Source: Octopus sinensis (lineage: Eukaryota). Taken from it: DNA of 64,000 nt. Shown here piece by piece: positions 38,508-50,598 of this stretch; within the stretch, counting starts at the first letter, position 1; every line of letters begins with the position of its first letter. The stretch lies in NCBI RefSeq assembly GCF_006345805.1, contig NC_043019.1, positions 2,232,001-2,296,000 on the forward strand, given 5' to 3'. A program made the position numbers and the translations under genes. The notes below the pieces were generated by a model that was given only the letters and a program-made list of their open reading frames with translations, was not told the origin of the DNA and made no database searches.

Positions 38508-39414
38508 AGTGTGGATGGTAAGTAACTAGGCATTAGAAATTGCTTATAGAATTTTTAGTATCACTGAAGTCATGATGAAAACATTTTTTAAACAGACAGC
38601 ACTAATATGGATTCCATATTGTCTTACTTCTTAATTCTTATTTTCTAGATCGCCGGTCGCTTGACTGTTCAGGAACAAGCTAAGATAGCAGCACGCTATG
38701 AAGTATGGAATTCCAATGTTTTGGTTCAGAGATGGTGACATGCATGGAAATGTAAAAGCATGCAACACTACGTCCGGAGACAGTAGAAATTTGTCATGCA
38801 AAGCTAATAGCCACGGGCTCTGTGAACGGCGTAAGAAGAAGTGGCTGTCCAATAACATCCCGAACAGCGGAGAACGTGGCAACAGTACAGGAAATGTTTA
38901 ATCGCTTCCCGCAAAAAAACAACACGTCAAACAGCTCATGAAAGTGGACTAACGTGACATACAATACGCACGGTGTTATATAGAGAATTGAATTTTCGTC
39001 CGCGGAAACCCCGTTACATGCAGAAGCTAAAACCTGCAGACTGTGATCGCAAAAATCCAGACGTTCAGAACTCCAAGAAGTTCAAATCCCACTCCATGTG
39101 ATTTTTACCTGTAGGGTTACACAAAATCGGAGGTATGCAAGACAAAACCTCGCATACTGGAGGGCTTCAAGACACGGATTCGGGAGGTTCTCAATGATAT
39201 CCCAGACGACGTCCTTCAGAAGGTTGTTTGAACAACCAACCCCGGCTGTTTGAGGAAACTGGTTGACGCTGCCGGGGTTTACTTTGAAATGTGAAGATTT
39301 ACTTTCATTTTCCCATTTAATAAAGAACATGTGTCATGTCTTTCAATTAATTTGTAAAAGGAAAATGGATTTTATTACCAATTTTTAACGCCTTCTTATT
39401 TTTCGCCCACCGTG
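38508..39414 (+). mobile_element. Internally deleted Tc1/mariner element, DD37D (maT)-like
   Basis: N-terminus RLTVQEQAKIAARYEVW...VQRW; C-terminus PRSSNPTPCDFYL*GYTKSEVCKTKPRILEGFKTRIREVLNDIPDDVLQKVV...LRKLVDAAGVYFEM; 3' end ttttcgcccaccgtg then TA; 5' TIR only weakly recognisable. Confidence 0.85.
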
Positions 39415-39510
39415 TATATATATATATATATATATATACACGATTATATATATGTGTGTGTGTGTGTGTGTAGGCATGTATATTTATTTTGCATATATTG
39501 TGCATTTATT

Positions 39511-39573
39511 GTGCCCCACAAAAGTCTTATATGGACCCTCAGGTATCATATGGATCCCGGTTCAGAGCCACTG
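39511..39573. mobile_element. hAT MITE terminal fragment
   Basis: Matches the right end of 42456-42800 (ggatcccggttcagagccactg). Confidence 0.65.
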
Positions 39574-39912
39574 CTCATGACGATAAACTTTCGCTAGTTC
39601 CCTCCTAGATAGATAGATAGAGAGAGACAGACAGACAGACAGGCAGACAGACAGACAGACAGAGATTGATAGACGTGTGTACATGAGTGTATAGATGCAT
39701 ATTTCTGTGTCCATGTCTTAGCTCGTTATTTTTTATTTCGAAGTACAATAATGTGTATTAACTTAGTGGCTCGCGAAGACTGTGTTCGATGAAATATGTA
39801 CCAAACTTAAAAGTGTGTTGGGTTGATATCATCGATATAGACACATCGAAGAACGAAACCATAAATGAATACTCACATGCATACACACACATACGCATAT
39901 ATATATACATAC

Positions 39913-39963
<51 letters not shown>

Positions 39964-39984
39964 TGTATAAATGTTCTTTTCTTT

Positions 39985-40373
39985 TTCTTTTACTTATTTC
40001 AGACATTCGACTGCGGCCATGCTGGAGCACCGCCTTTAGTCGAACAAATCAACCCCAGGATTTATTCTTTCTAAGCCTAGTACTTATTCTATAGCTCTCT
40101 TTAGCCGAACCAATAAGTTATGGGGACGTAAACTCACCAACATCGGTAGGGGGACAAACACAGACACACAAGCACACACAAACACACAAACACACACACA
40201 CACATATATATACGACAGGCTTCTTTCAGTTTCCGTCTACCAAATCCACTTACTAAGCTTTAGTCGGCCCGAGAATATAGTTGAAGACATTTGACCAAGG
40301 CGCCACGCAGTGGAATTGAACTCGGAACCATGTGGTTGGTAAGCAAGCTACTTACCACACTACCAATCCTGCG
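39985..40373 (-). mobile_element. Near full-length family-B SINE
   Basis: Head at right (cttaccacactaccaatcctgcg), CORE-like centre, tail gactgcggccatgctggagcaccgcc. Confidence 0.88.
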
Positions 40374-40571
40374 ACTATGTTTATATATACTGTATATATT
40401 ATAGGTAAACGGGATCAAAAATATCTAGGTAGAGATCAACATAGGCACTCGGTGTTAAACGAATTTGGTTTTGTACTGTAGAATCACAAATTAAAGTTGT
40501 GCTTTTCTTTATTCGTATTTTGTCATACACACACACACACACACACACCACACACACACACATATATATAT

Positions 40572-40612
<41 letters not shown>

Positions 40613-40882
40613 ATAATGTAGAAAAAACAGTAAATGGTTGTCATTATAGTACTTGGAGTTTCGAATGTCGAAGCGAAGAGCTACGATGCCTTCTCGTCGT
40701 CTATCAGTGTATCCGTAGCTCTTCGCTCCGACATTCGAAACTCCGAGTACTATAATAACAATCTTTTACTGTTTGTTCTGAATTATAATATATATAAATA
40801 ATCCTCTATTTCTCTAATATATATATATATATATGTATACATTTATATATATATTTTTTCTCTCCTTGTTATTTTCTGTGTA

Positions 40883-40920
40883 TCTTTCTGTCGAAGAGCG
40901 TAGGCTCGAAACGTAAAAGA
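40883..40920 (+). ncRNA. Hammerhead-like motif with variant core (copy 1)
   Basis: TCTTT CTGTCGA A GAGC-GTAG-GCTC GAAA CG TA AAAGA: all stems perfect, but T at the conserved A6 position. Confidence 0.55.
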
Positions 40921-41007
40921 CTTTTTCTATTCCTGAGCGCTATACTGATAATGTGTTTGTTTGTACTCCACCTGCCTTCGTTTTTTGTTTATTTTCGTAA
41001 ACTTTCC

Positions 41008-41047
<40 letters not shown>

Positions 41048-41346
41048 TATATATTATATATATATATATATATGTTATAATGTAGAAAAAACAGTAAATG
41101 GTTGTCATTATAGTACTTGGAGTTTCGAATGTCGAAGCGAAGAGCTACGATGCCTTCTCGTCGTCTATCAGTGTATCCGTAGCTCTTCGCTCCGACATTC
41201 GAAACTCCGAGTACTATAATAACAATCTTTTACTGTTTGTTCTGAATTATAATATATATAAATAATCCTCTATTTCTCTAATATATATATATATATATGT
41301 ATACATTTATATATATATTTTTTCTCTCCTTGTTATTTTCTGTGTA

Positions 41347-41384
41347 TCTTTCTGTCGAAGAGCGTAGGCTCGAAACGTAAAAGA
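41347..41384 (+). ncRNA. Hammerhead-like motif with variant core (copy 2)
   Basis: Identical to 40883-40920. Confidence 0.55.
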
Positions 41385-41472
41385 CTTTTTCTATTCCTGA
41401 GCGCTATACTGATACATGTGTTTGTTTGTACTCCACCTGCCTTCGTTTTTTGTTTATTTTCGTAAACTTTCC

Positions 41473-41513
<41 letters not shown>

Positions 41514-41738
41514 TGTAAATGTATGTGTGTGTCTGTCTGTCTGTATGTATGTATGCATATATACATATTTATATATAATTATATGTTGTGTGTATATTTG
41601 TATAGTGTGTAAATATATTCATAGTTGCAACTTTCATTAAATATACGCGTACATCTAACATGTATGGTTGTATGTATATCTGTCATGTATGTATATATTC
41701 ATGTATACATGTATGTGTGTCATGTGTGTGTGTGTGTG

Positions 41739-41773
<35 letters not shown>

Positions 41774-42053
41774 TGTGTGTTATCGCATGTACGGATGCGG
41801 ATCAGTCCATATCTTGCAGACTTAATTACAATTTCTGCTTGCCAAGCAGCTCTCGTAATCTCTGTAAATGTCTTGTGTATTATTAAGACTTTGATTCGTA
41901 TTAAATTTCTTCCACGAGCATTCTACTTCATACCACTTGAATCATATGTCCAATGTACTTATGTATATTTGACATAAATATTTATAAAATGTTTCTTTTC
42001 AGAGCAAGACACATTTATTTTGCACATTTAACTTCACGTTTGCAATATGGCGG

Positions 42054-42446
42054 AGATGAAGAAGCAAGCACCCTTTAGTAACATTGCTTTAATCCAAGTA
42101 ACAATTTTATCTATTTTGTTTATTAATACTCCAATTGTCATATCAGTGTCTTCCACTGAAATTCTCGTAGACTGCTTTTATCAGAGATGAAGAAGCAAGC
42201 ACCCTTTAGTAACGTTGCTTTAATCCAAGTAACAATTTTATCTATTTTGTTTATTAATACTCCAATTGTCATATCAGTGTCTACCACTGAAATTCTCGTA
42301 GACTGCTTTTATCAAAGATGAAGAAGCAAGCACCCTTTAGTAACGTTGCTTTAATCCAAGTAACAATTTTATCTATTTTGTTTATTAATACTCCAATTGT
42401 CATATCAGTGTCTACCACTGAAATTCTCGTAGACTGCTTTTATCAA
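42054..42446. repeat. 131-bp tandem repeat x3
   Basis: agatgaagaagc at 42054, 42185 and 42316; only a few substitutions between units. Confidence 0.95.
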
Positions 42447-42455
42447 AGTCATAAC

Positions 42456-42800
42456 CGACGTTTCTCAACCATTTCTTTTTTAACTATGGACCCCTTTGAC
42501 TCCTTTTTTTATTCTGGTGGATTTCCCCCCACACCCATCTGATTTATAAAATGTAGTTTTATAGATACTTCTTTCAAAATTCCTATTCTGCTTTTCTCAC
42601 ATTAACTTGTTTAGGCTGACCTATAAAGAGTAGAGGAAGAAACCTAGTTGTTTCTTGCAGTAAATACATCAAAATAAGATTTTTCATGGACCCTTAGAAC
42701 ACTACTGCGGATCCCCAATTAACTATTTTGCTACCGTGGGCCCCACAAAAGTCTTATATGGGTCTTCAGGAGTCGTATGGATCCCGGTTCAGAACCACTG
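42456..42800. mobile_element. hAT (Charlie-like) MITE
   Basis: Decayed left TIR (cgacgtttctcaacc) and right TIR ggttcagaaccactg; TSD not preserved. Confidence 0.7.
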
Positions 42801-42865
42801 CTCAAAAAGAAGAAATAAAGATAGACTTTATTTCTATTCCAAAGAAAACTATTTTATTGCACGTA

Positions 42866-43064
42866 CTAACGCACGTTCCCACGGCTTTATCGATCGCATT
42901 CTAACCTGGAATAGATTTTTGTAATTTTTTCAAGACTTATACACGCCCTGATACCGTCGGTATCTACATATCAAATTTGAGCGCAATCGGATGGAGGATG
43001 CCTGAGATCCTAGAAGACACACACACAGACAGACAGACAGACAGAACGGATTTTATATAATAGA
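42866..43064 (-). mobile_element. Non-autonomous Helitron-type element (DINE-1/Lep1-like)
   Basis: A|TCTATTATATAAAA 5' end, (CTGT)n tract, ccgattgcgctcaaatttg motif, TTAG|T 3' end; second copy at 47831-48009. Confidence 0.78.
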
Positions 43065-43624
43065 TTTTCAAAGAATGTAGGGGTGGAGGTCACGTCCTTC
43101 TTTAATCCAAGAAAAGTTAAAAGAAAAGCAGAAAATCGTGGAAAATTGTTCAGCTTACTGAGACATTAGACATTATCTAAGACTCAATGGTAATCTTAAT
43201 TCTGGGACGATAGTGGGAGATTTAGGACTATGTATTTTAGTAGTGTTTACAGAATAAGTAAAATTTCAAATGTCAACCACAATAAGAAATAACAGTTAGT
43301 GCTATTGTAACCTTCAAGTTGACTAAGCTTTCTAGTATCGTTCCACGCTTTTTTCAACCATTTGTGCGTAAATCATTTATAATATTAGTGTTAACATTTT
43401 CAATCCAGATAGCATTTAAAAAGCTAACAATTCTTCTATGGGGTGGAGCCAATTTTTTCACTGACTAACATTGTTCAAATGATTTCGGCTTATATAGGAG
43501 ACAACTACGAGCAGGTTCCAGTCTTAGGACCTTATCAATGAAGCAGTGTATTTGGCAACATTATTAAAATAATGTTTCTTTTTCCTGTTACAATTATTTC
43601 TAGTTAGCTTCTTTTTATTTATTT

Positions 43625-43669
43625 ATCATCATCATCATCATCATCATTATTATTATTATTATTATTATT

Positions 43670-43725
<56 letters not shown>

Positions 43726-43894
43726 GTTATTATTATTATTGTTATTATTATTATTATTGTTATTATTATTATTATTATAATTATTATCATTATTGTTATT
43801 ATTATTATTGTTGTTATTATTATTATTATTGTTATTGTTATTATAACTATTATTATTATTATTATTATAACTATTATTATTATCATTATTATTG

Positions 43895-43926
<32 letters not shown>

Positions 43927-43945
43927 GTTATTATTGTTATTATTG
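43625..43945. repeat. (ATT)n/(GTT) microsatellite
   Basis: Direct reading. Confidence 0.97.
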
Positions 43946-44299
43946 CTTTTTAACTAATAATCTGTTCACTGGCTTGCCGCATAATTAACTTTTTTAATAT
44001 TCCTTGCATTAAATATGATAACACAAATTTATCCAACATCCTATCTGCCTTTCCATCTGTGTACTTCACCGCATAACTATTTCTAGTTAAAGGCATTTAA
44101 TGCTCCCTGCATTATATATGTTTACATTAACTTAACTAACAATCTATATAACTCACTACGCACTTATCACATGCTTTTAATGCTTCTTGCATTAAATATA
44201 CACTTTATGTAATTCTGATATTGTGGGCTGATACCAACACAACCTCGACAGTTCGCGTCCTGTAAGAGACCGAACTGTTTAATATTCATTTCAGCTAAA

Positions 44300-44712
44300 A
44301 GCACAAGGTCTAAAATTCTGGGGAAGGAGCTAGTCGATTACATCGAACCCAGTACTCAAATGGCACTAATTTTATCGACCCTGAAAGGTTGAAAGGTAAT
44401 GTCATCCTCGGCCGATTTTAATATCAGAACGTAAAGACGGACAGAATGTTTAGCGGCTCTTCGTCCGGCGTGCTAACAATTCTGATTGCTGCATTAGAAC
44501 TGTTTAATATTGGTTTCAACTTTGGGGGCACAAGGCCAGCAATTTCAAGGGAGCGGGGTGAGTCGATTACATCGACCCCAGTGTTCAACTGGTATTTAAT
44601 TTATTGATCCCAAAAGGATGAAAGGCAAAATCGACCTCGGCAGATTTTGATCTCAGAACTCGAAGACGAATGAAATGCCGCTAAGCATTTCGCCCGGCGT
44701 GCTAATAATTCT
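44300..44712 (-). mobile_element. Two older family-A SINEs in tandem
   Basis: Both carry gcacaaggcc/tc...gtcgattacatcga...gaaaggt/atgaaaggcaa; each is preceded by gaactgtttaatatt. Confidence 0.75.
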
Positions 44713-44902
44713 ACCTTATTCTTCAAGTCTGGTACTTATTCTATCGGGTCATTTTGCCGAATCACTAAGTTGGTGTGTTACAGGGACGCAAATACACGAA
44801 CATCGGTTGTCAAGTGACAAACATAGACACACACATATATATATACGTATATACGTATATATATATATATATATGCACACACACATATATGTATATATAT
44901 AC

Positions 44903-44933
<31 letters not shown>

Positions 44934-44950
44934 ATATATATATATATATA

Positions 44951-45622
44951 GCAATAATAATTCTCTAAACGAGATATAGACAGTAACTGCTCCATAACAT
45001 AAGGGACGTTAGCCATCTGAATGTGGCTAGGGACAGGGCAGGGCGGTGGGGGTGTTACTGATGCATTTAGCCCCAGGCGATCATCAACGTCACCAGGAGG
45101 GCTGACGCCATCACGGCGTCCTCTAGCCTGCAAAGGGAGATCATTCCCCGAAGAAGCGGATGCCACATACGGACCTAGGTTTCAAGGTGTTTGCCTATTA
45201 TCAACGTATGGCAGGCACCGCCCCTCGACGAACGACTCTCTGTGCAGGCTATATATAAAGATTTTCACAGTAAATACATTTACTGATGTAGAAAATCCGT
45301 TCGACAGCAATAATAATTCTCTAAACGAGATATAGACAGTAACTGCTCCATAACATAAGGGTCGTTAGCCATCTGAATGTGGCTAGGGACAGGGCAGGGC
45401 GGTGGGGGTGTTACTGATGCATTTAGCCCCAGGCGATCATCAACGTCACCAGGAGGGCATCCGCTTCTTCGGGGAATGATCTCCCTTTGCAGGCTAGAGG
45501 ACGCCGTGATGGCGTCAGCCCTCCTGGTGACGTTTATGATCGCCTGGGGCTAAATGCATCAGTAACACCCCCACCGCCCTGCCCTGTCCCTAGCCACATT
45601 CAGATGGCTAACGTCCCTTATG

Positions 45623-45626
<4 letters not shown>
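44951..45626. mobile_element. HHR-bearing 356-bp repeat array 2 (tandem minus copies + inverted arm)
   Basis: gcaataataattctc at 44951 and 45307 (period 356); plus-strand arm 45456-45626; homologous to array 1; (TA)n on both sides. Confidence 0.85.
45166..45210 (-). ncRNA. Hammerhead homologue in array 2 (core decayed)
   Basis: CATACG TTGATAA TAGG-caaaca-CCTT GAAA CCTAGG TC CGTATG: perfect stem I and palindromic stem III, mutated core. Confidence 0.65.
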
Positions 45627-45679
<53 letters not shown>

Positions 45680-45759
45680 AGTATAGTATATGGGATGGAA
45701 AAGTTCAAATCAGCCAAACTACAATGAACACATATGTAAACGGATTTAATTAAGATAAA

Positions 45760-46275
45760 AATAAGGATAACGCTCTCTTGGCAGTAAATGTCTTATCTAA
45801 GCCGGAGGTCGAACGTACGTAGGAGTCGTTAAGGAAATTTCTTTTGAATGTTTTTAATCTTAGTATTGCATTTGATACTAACACAACGATTGTGAATTTT
45901 TCAGGCGTCACACTTAATTTTAAACACCAAATTATATTACCCTTACCGGAACCCAAATCAAACATTATAATATATAAGCGTTTCTTCTTATCATCCTAGA
46001 TTGACCCTCAATAGTATCATTATGGTTATCTCTATTAGAATCTCCAACCTATCAGCAAACATGGAGATTTTTAATGCACATGCCCTATTTTATAATCAAG
46101 CCCTAAGATTAAACAGCTTTTATGGTTATATTTTCTACATCCCTGACACCAAACACAAATCCAAATTTGCAAATCTCCCATATGACAATCTTGAAATTGC
46201 TAAAACGATTTCTTCCTTAAATTATAAAAGTATAAGAAAATCTTTCGTTAACCATGCTAAACTTCATAACCTTCA
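45760..46275 (+). mobile_element. Penelope-like RT C-terminal (thumb) remnant
   Basis: NLSIAFDTNTTIVNFSGVTLNF, then after a frameshift NTKYYYPYRNPNQTL*YISVSSYHP...ISIRISNLSANMEIFNAHALFYNQALRLNSF, resembling the PLE VNFLDVTLNL...YPYRKPN...SNHPP...RISNLSSNEEIF motifs. Confidence 0.85.
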
Positions 46276-46277
46276 TT

Positions 46278-46690
46278 CTAGTAACTGCATTGGATCAGCT
46301 GATCCGTCGTTCGCTCAAAACCAATGACATCACAAAAAATTCTTTTCGACCCTTTAGAATTGGAATTTTTGAAAAATAAAAAGTTTGCATTATGTAGCTT
46401 GTTATTCTCTTTAAGTGAACATTTTTCTGGTTGAAATACACCGAAAAATAGCGACACAACAGTCATAAATAGTAAAAAATAGGGATTTTCATAGAAAAAA
46501 ACCCACCTTTTTTATGTAAATAATTTATGGTCCGATTTGAATTTTTTCTCCTACGGAATAAAGAGCAAGCCTTCTTCTATCATACTCTCAGTTTTGGTCA
46601 ACTTGCGCCGCAGGGTCTCGGAGGAGATAGTGTTAGTTGAAGGCTACCAAATCTGCCATACACTGACAACTTCAGCTTTATATATAATGA
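46278..46690 (-). mobile_element. Non-autonomous Helitron-type element
   Basis: A|TCATTATATATAAAG 5' end; palindrome GGATCAGCTGATCC (46292-46305) 10 nt before CTAG (46278-46281); the base after CTAG is A rather than the usual T. Confidence 0.72.
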
Positions 46691-46704
46691 TAGTTACTTG
46701 GATC

Positions 46705-46800
46705 CACTATAGGATAACAACGCCTCCGTTTTCAGGGGAGAATTTTACATTTGCTGTGTTGATAGGATGGAGTTTAAAGATGGAATGATTTTGTAGAGAT
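46705..46800 (-). mobile_element. Possible PLE RT N-terminal remnant
   Basis: KFSPENGGVVIL* weakly resembles the KPADKGGAVVI motif; short match only. Confidence 0.25.
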
Positions 46801-47185
46801 CTAAGTGTGTTCGGAAGGGTAGTGAGGGAGTGTTTCGATAGAGAGTTGTAGGAGGAGAAAATAGATTTCAGGGTTAGGATTAATAATGAGGCTAGTGATA
46901 GTAGTAGACATGGAAGGTAGAAGGTAGAATGAAAGGGACGGGTGGTTTAGGTAGTATATGAATGATGATCTTTGTGATAGTTTGTATGAAGGCTATAGAG
47001 TTAAAGGTTGAGACAATGAAAGAGGCTTGTATTTAATTGGGGAGTTGACTGGTTCAGTAGCCAAGGGGGATGAGAAGGTGGTCAAAAGTAGTTGTTAGTA
47101 CTATTCTTTTTCTCTTGATAATGTTTATATCTTAACTATCATAACACCATCAATGAACTATTGTGTGTAATATTGGCACGTGTAT

Positions 47186-47417
47186 AAGGCGGCGAGCTGG
47201 CAGAAACGTTAGCGCGCCGGGCGAAATGCTTCGCGGTATTTCGTCTGTCTTTACGTTCTGAGTTCAAATTCCGCCGAGGACGACTTTGCCTTTCATCCTC
47301 TCGGGGTCGATAAATAAAGTACCAGTTTCGCACTGGGTCGATGTAATCGACTTAATCCGTTTGTCTGTCTTTGTTTGCCCCCTCTATGTCTAGCCCCTTG
47401 TGGGTAGTAAAGAAATA
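47186..47417 (+). mobile_element. Family-A SINE with 15-bp TSD
   Basis: ATATTGGCACGTGTA (47170-47184) and ATATTGGCACATGTA (47419-47433). Confidence 0.92.
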
Positions 47418-47830
47418 TATATTGGCACATGTAAGGATGTGTAGAACGTGCATGTTTTTGTATATGCATAGCAACGACGGTTTCTACGGAACGCTTGCGT
47501 CATTAAAAGAAACAAACACTTCTGAGTTTTTCGTAGGTTAGCCTAAACTTTGTTAAATTTCGTTTAGAAATTCTCCCTGGGGATATACACAATTCACTGG
47601 TTTCGCATATGGAATTTTATTTCTGAAATTAAAGAATTGTGTATGGAGACAACTATAGGTAGGCGTCTCTGTATAATTTGAATGTCTTTAGATAAAAACA
47701 CCTGTACGTAAACATTTTTTCCATTTTCTTCATTTTCTTATTTTAAATTGTCTGTGTATATAATACATATTAAAAATTATATTAAAACTATGTAAAGTGT
47801 GTGCTTTTCTCTTCTTTAATTTCTGATATA

Positions 47831-48009
47831 TATATTATATAAAATCCGTTCTGTCTGTCTGTGTGTGTGTCTTCTAGGATCTCGGGCATCCTCCATCCGA
47901 TTGCGCCCAAATTTGATATGCAGATACCGACGGTATCAGGGCGTGTATAATTACAAAAATCGATTCCAAGTGAGAATGCGAACGATAAAGCTGTGGGAAC
48001 GTGCATTTG
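47831..48009 (+). mobile_element. Non-autonomous Helitron-type element, second copy
   Basis: High identity to the inverse of 42866-43064. Confidence 0.78.
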
Positions 48010-48444
48010 TACGCGTAAGTACATCAGGAATGTGGTTTACAAGGCTGCGCTCCACTAGCATTTCCATGCCCTTGAACATCCCGTAAAGTAAGTTAGCTTA
48101 AAATTAGTTACTTAGTTCCCTAGGTTGTTGCTTTTCATCAACAATCGCCCCAAGTTGATTTCCTACATGTTTTATCGGATAAACTTATTATTGTCCCAAG
48201 TACGTTCTCATAAATTCATCATGCTTTTCCATCTAGATTTACCTCCGGCTAACCCAGTTGCATGCATCATTTTTGTCCTGCTTTTCTTCCGTCATCCTGT
48301 ACATAACTGCGCCTTCAATTTCTTTTGTTTTTGTACTGCTTAAAGGGATGTTTCTTTCCTGCCAAGCTTGATATTTAAACCATTAACTCCCCCTTTCACA
48401 TGCACGTACATATCACCCCACCACTCCAAAAATGAATACATAAT

Positions 48445-48648
48445 TAACCTAGTTTTCAGGGAGATTCAGCGTGACACAGGTTGTGACAAGACTGGCTCTT
48501 TGAAATAGAGGTTCTACTCGTTTTTGACAGCTGAGTGATTTAGAGCAACGTGAAATAAAATGTCTTGCTTAAAGGCACAACGCACCGCCGTCAATTGAAC
48601 TCATGACCTTACTATCGTAAACCGAATACCCCTAACCACTAAACCACT
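48445..48648 (-). mobile_element. Family-C SINE, degenerate
   Basis: cagggagattcagcgtgacac...agcaacgtgaaataaaatgtcttgc...cctaaccactaa. Confidence 0.7.
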
Positions 48649-48744
48649 AAAAGTCTTCATGGTGTATATATATTAATGTAATATTTAAGTAGTACGCTCT
48701 ATGAAGGGAATTGTTAAATTCTTTAGTGTTTGAAATTATACATA

Positions 48745-48890
48745 AAACGCAATTCCTGCTTTGAAATTACCTAACTTGGCACTACTGTTTTTGTGCAAGA
48801 ATACATGTTGCATGCCAACTTTTGACATTCATGGATATGTTTACCATTTAGCTGGTTCGCTTTCGCTCCAAAGCAATGAAGATCCAAATT
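48745..48890 (+). mobile_element. Helitron Rep/helicase protein remnant
   Basis: RNSCFEIT*LG then, after a frameshift, MPTFDIHGYVYHLAGSLSLQSNEDPNF resembles the Helitron YNSCFQMTSFG...MPTFKIQGQVYHRIGSLLP...EDPKF segment. Confidence 0.8.
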
Positions 48891-49670
48891 TCAATACTAG
48901 GTCTAGTACCTCAGCTAGGATATTCATAAAACCAGAAATATAAGGATGTATGAAGGACGTAAACCTGATTGGCCTTAACCATCATAGATCGTTTCATTGA
49001 CAACAGCTTACCGTAGACATAACAGATCGGTCAACAGTTTTTTGTGCAGTTTATACCACCAGAGGAATACATCTCATATGCATAATTCTTAACATGTGGT
49101 AACACCATTTGGTAGCATTTCTTTTATTTCAGGGCGTGGAATTTTAGGGAAAATGGTTCATTTTCACCAGTAGATTGAAATAGCCCAGAACGTTACTTCT
49201 ATTGTAACTGATGTATTACAAGAAGAATGACATCTTCCCACGGTGAATTCCATCGTTCTTTCTGAGATAAATCATCGCATACGCAATCGAGATCAAGTTC
49301 TAAATACGTCGTTTGTTATTTAAATATCAGATTGCTCTGAAAGAAGGATTTAAGCTTCTTATGTTCGGTTTCAAGTGTGTAGGTGGCTGAAATACGTTCT
49401 TTTGGCATTTATTCTTTTATTTCTTTCAGTCTTTGGAATGTGACCATGCAATAGCAAGAGCTTCAAGGATTTTGAGTCGATAAAATGGGCCCCGGCACAT
49501 ATTTTGTTATCCTAAGGGTCGACGAAGCTAAGTTTCATCATGGCGTAAAGAAAATTATCGGCACCTCGTACAAGAATGTACTTTTGTCCGACTCACTGTA
49601 TTCTGTTCGGCCATACATACACACACACACACAAGTATAAACTAGCACATACATAGACATGTATGTGCAC

Positions 49671-49722
<52 letters not shown>

Positions 49723-49901
49723 TAATGGTTATGCAACTACATAATTATCTATCGTTTAGTTACGTCGTGCAAAATGGAGTAATTCGAGTAAGGACATGCC
49801 AGAAAGTGGTGGCAGCTATGTGTGTGTGTGTATGTGTGTGTGTGCATGTGTGTGTCTGTATGTTTACATACATACGTATGTATGTGCGTGTATATATATA
49901 T

Positions 49902-49943
<42 letters not shown>

Positions 49944-50431
49944 GAGAGAGAGAGAGGAGAGACGAAATAGGGAGATTCAGAGGAGAACGAGAACAGAGAA
50001 AGAGAACGAATAATAAATAGAGCGAGAACAAAGAGATGCCGGGAATGTTGCTATTCATATCAGAGTAGTGGCAACGTAGATAAAGATAATGGTAAATGGT
50101 GATGGTGGAACTATGATGACACTTCTTCGTTGTTTGAGGTCATGCTGGTGGAGGAGGTGGATGGGGCGGTGAAGTGTGTTTGTTGTTGTGGTTGTGGTGT
50201 TGGTTATAGTTTGTGACATCGGTTGTATGTTTCTTTGTCGTTATTAATTGTAGTGATCGGATAACGAACACGAACGGTGTGATTTTTTACAATTCATTCT
50301 CTTTAAAGGGATATTACTAATATGTGGTAAGTCTGTGTGTGTGTGTGTGTTTGTGTATGTGTGTGTGTGTTTATGTGTGTGCGCGTGTGCGTGCGTGTGC
50401 GTGTGTGTGTGTGTAAGTTTTTGCATTAAAA

Positions 50432-50598
50432 TATCTTTACTACCCACAAGGGGCTAAACACAGAGGGGACAAACAAGGACAGACAAACGGATTAAGTCGA
50501 TTACATCGAAACCCAGTGCGTAACTGGTACTTAATTTATCGACCCCGAAAGGATGAAAGGCAAAGTCGACCTCGGCGGAATTTGAACTCTGAACGTAG
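50432..50598 (-). mobile_element. 5'-truncated family-A SINE
   Basis: Near-consensus 3' two-thirds. Confidence 0.88.

Larger units (their letters stand above)
40610..41475 (+). repeat. Tandem duplication, period 464 bp, each unit with a long hairpin and an HHR-like motif
   Basis: gttataatgtag at 40610 and 41074; units almost identical, separated by (TA)n; hairpin 40612-40788. Confidence 0.92.

Noticed and set aside
42054-42446. CRISPR-like array
   Set aside because: Units are contiguous and near-identical with no unique spacers, there are no cas genes, and the context is eukaryotic.
47831-48890. One decayed autonomous Helitron joining the 5' end at 47831 to the Rep fragment
   Set aside because: The short element ends at about 48009, where its other copy ends, so the link is unsupported.
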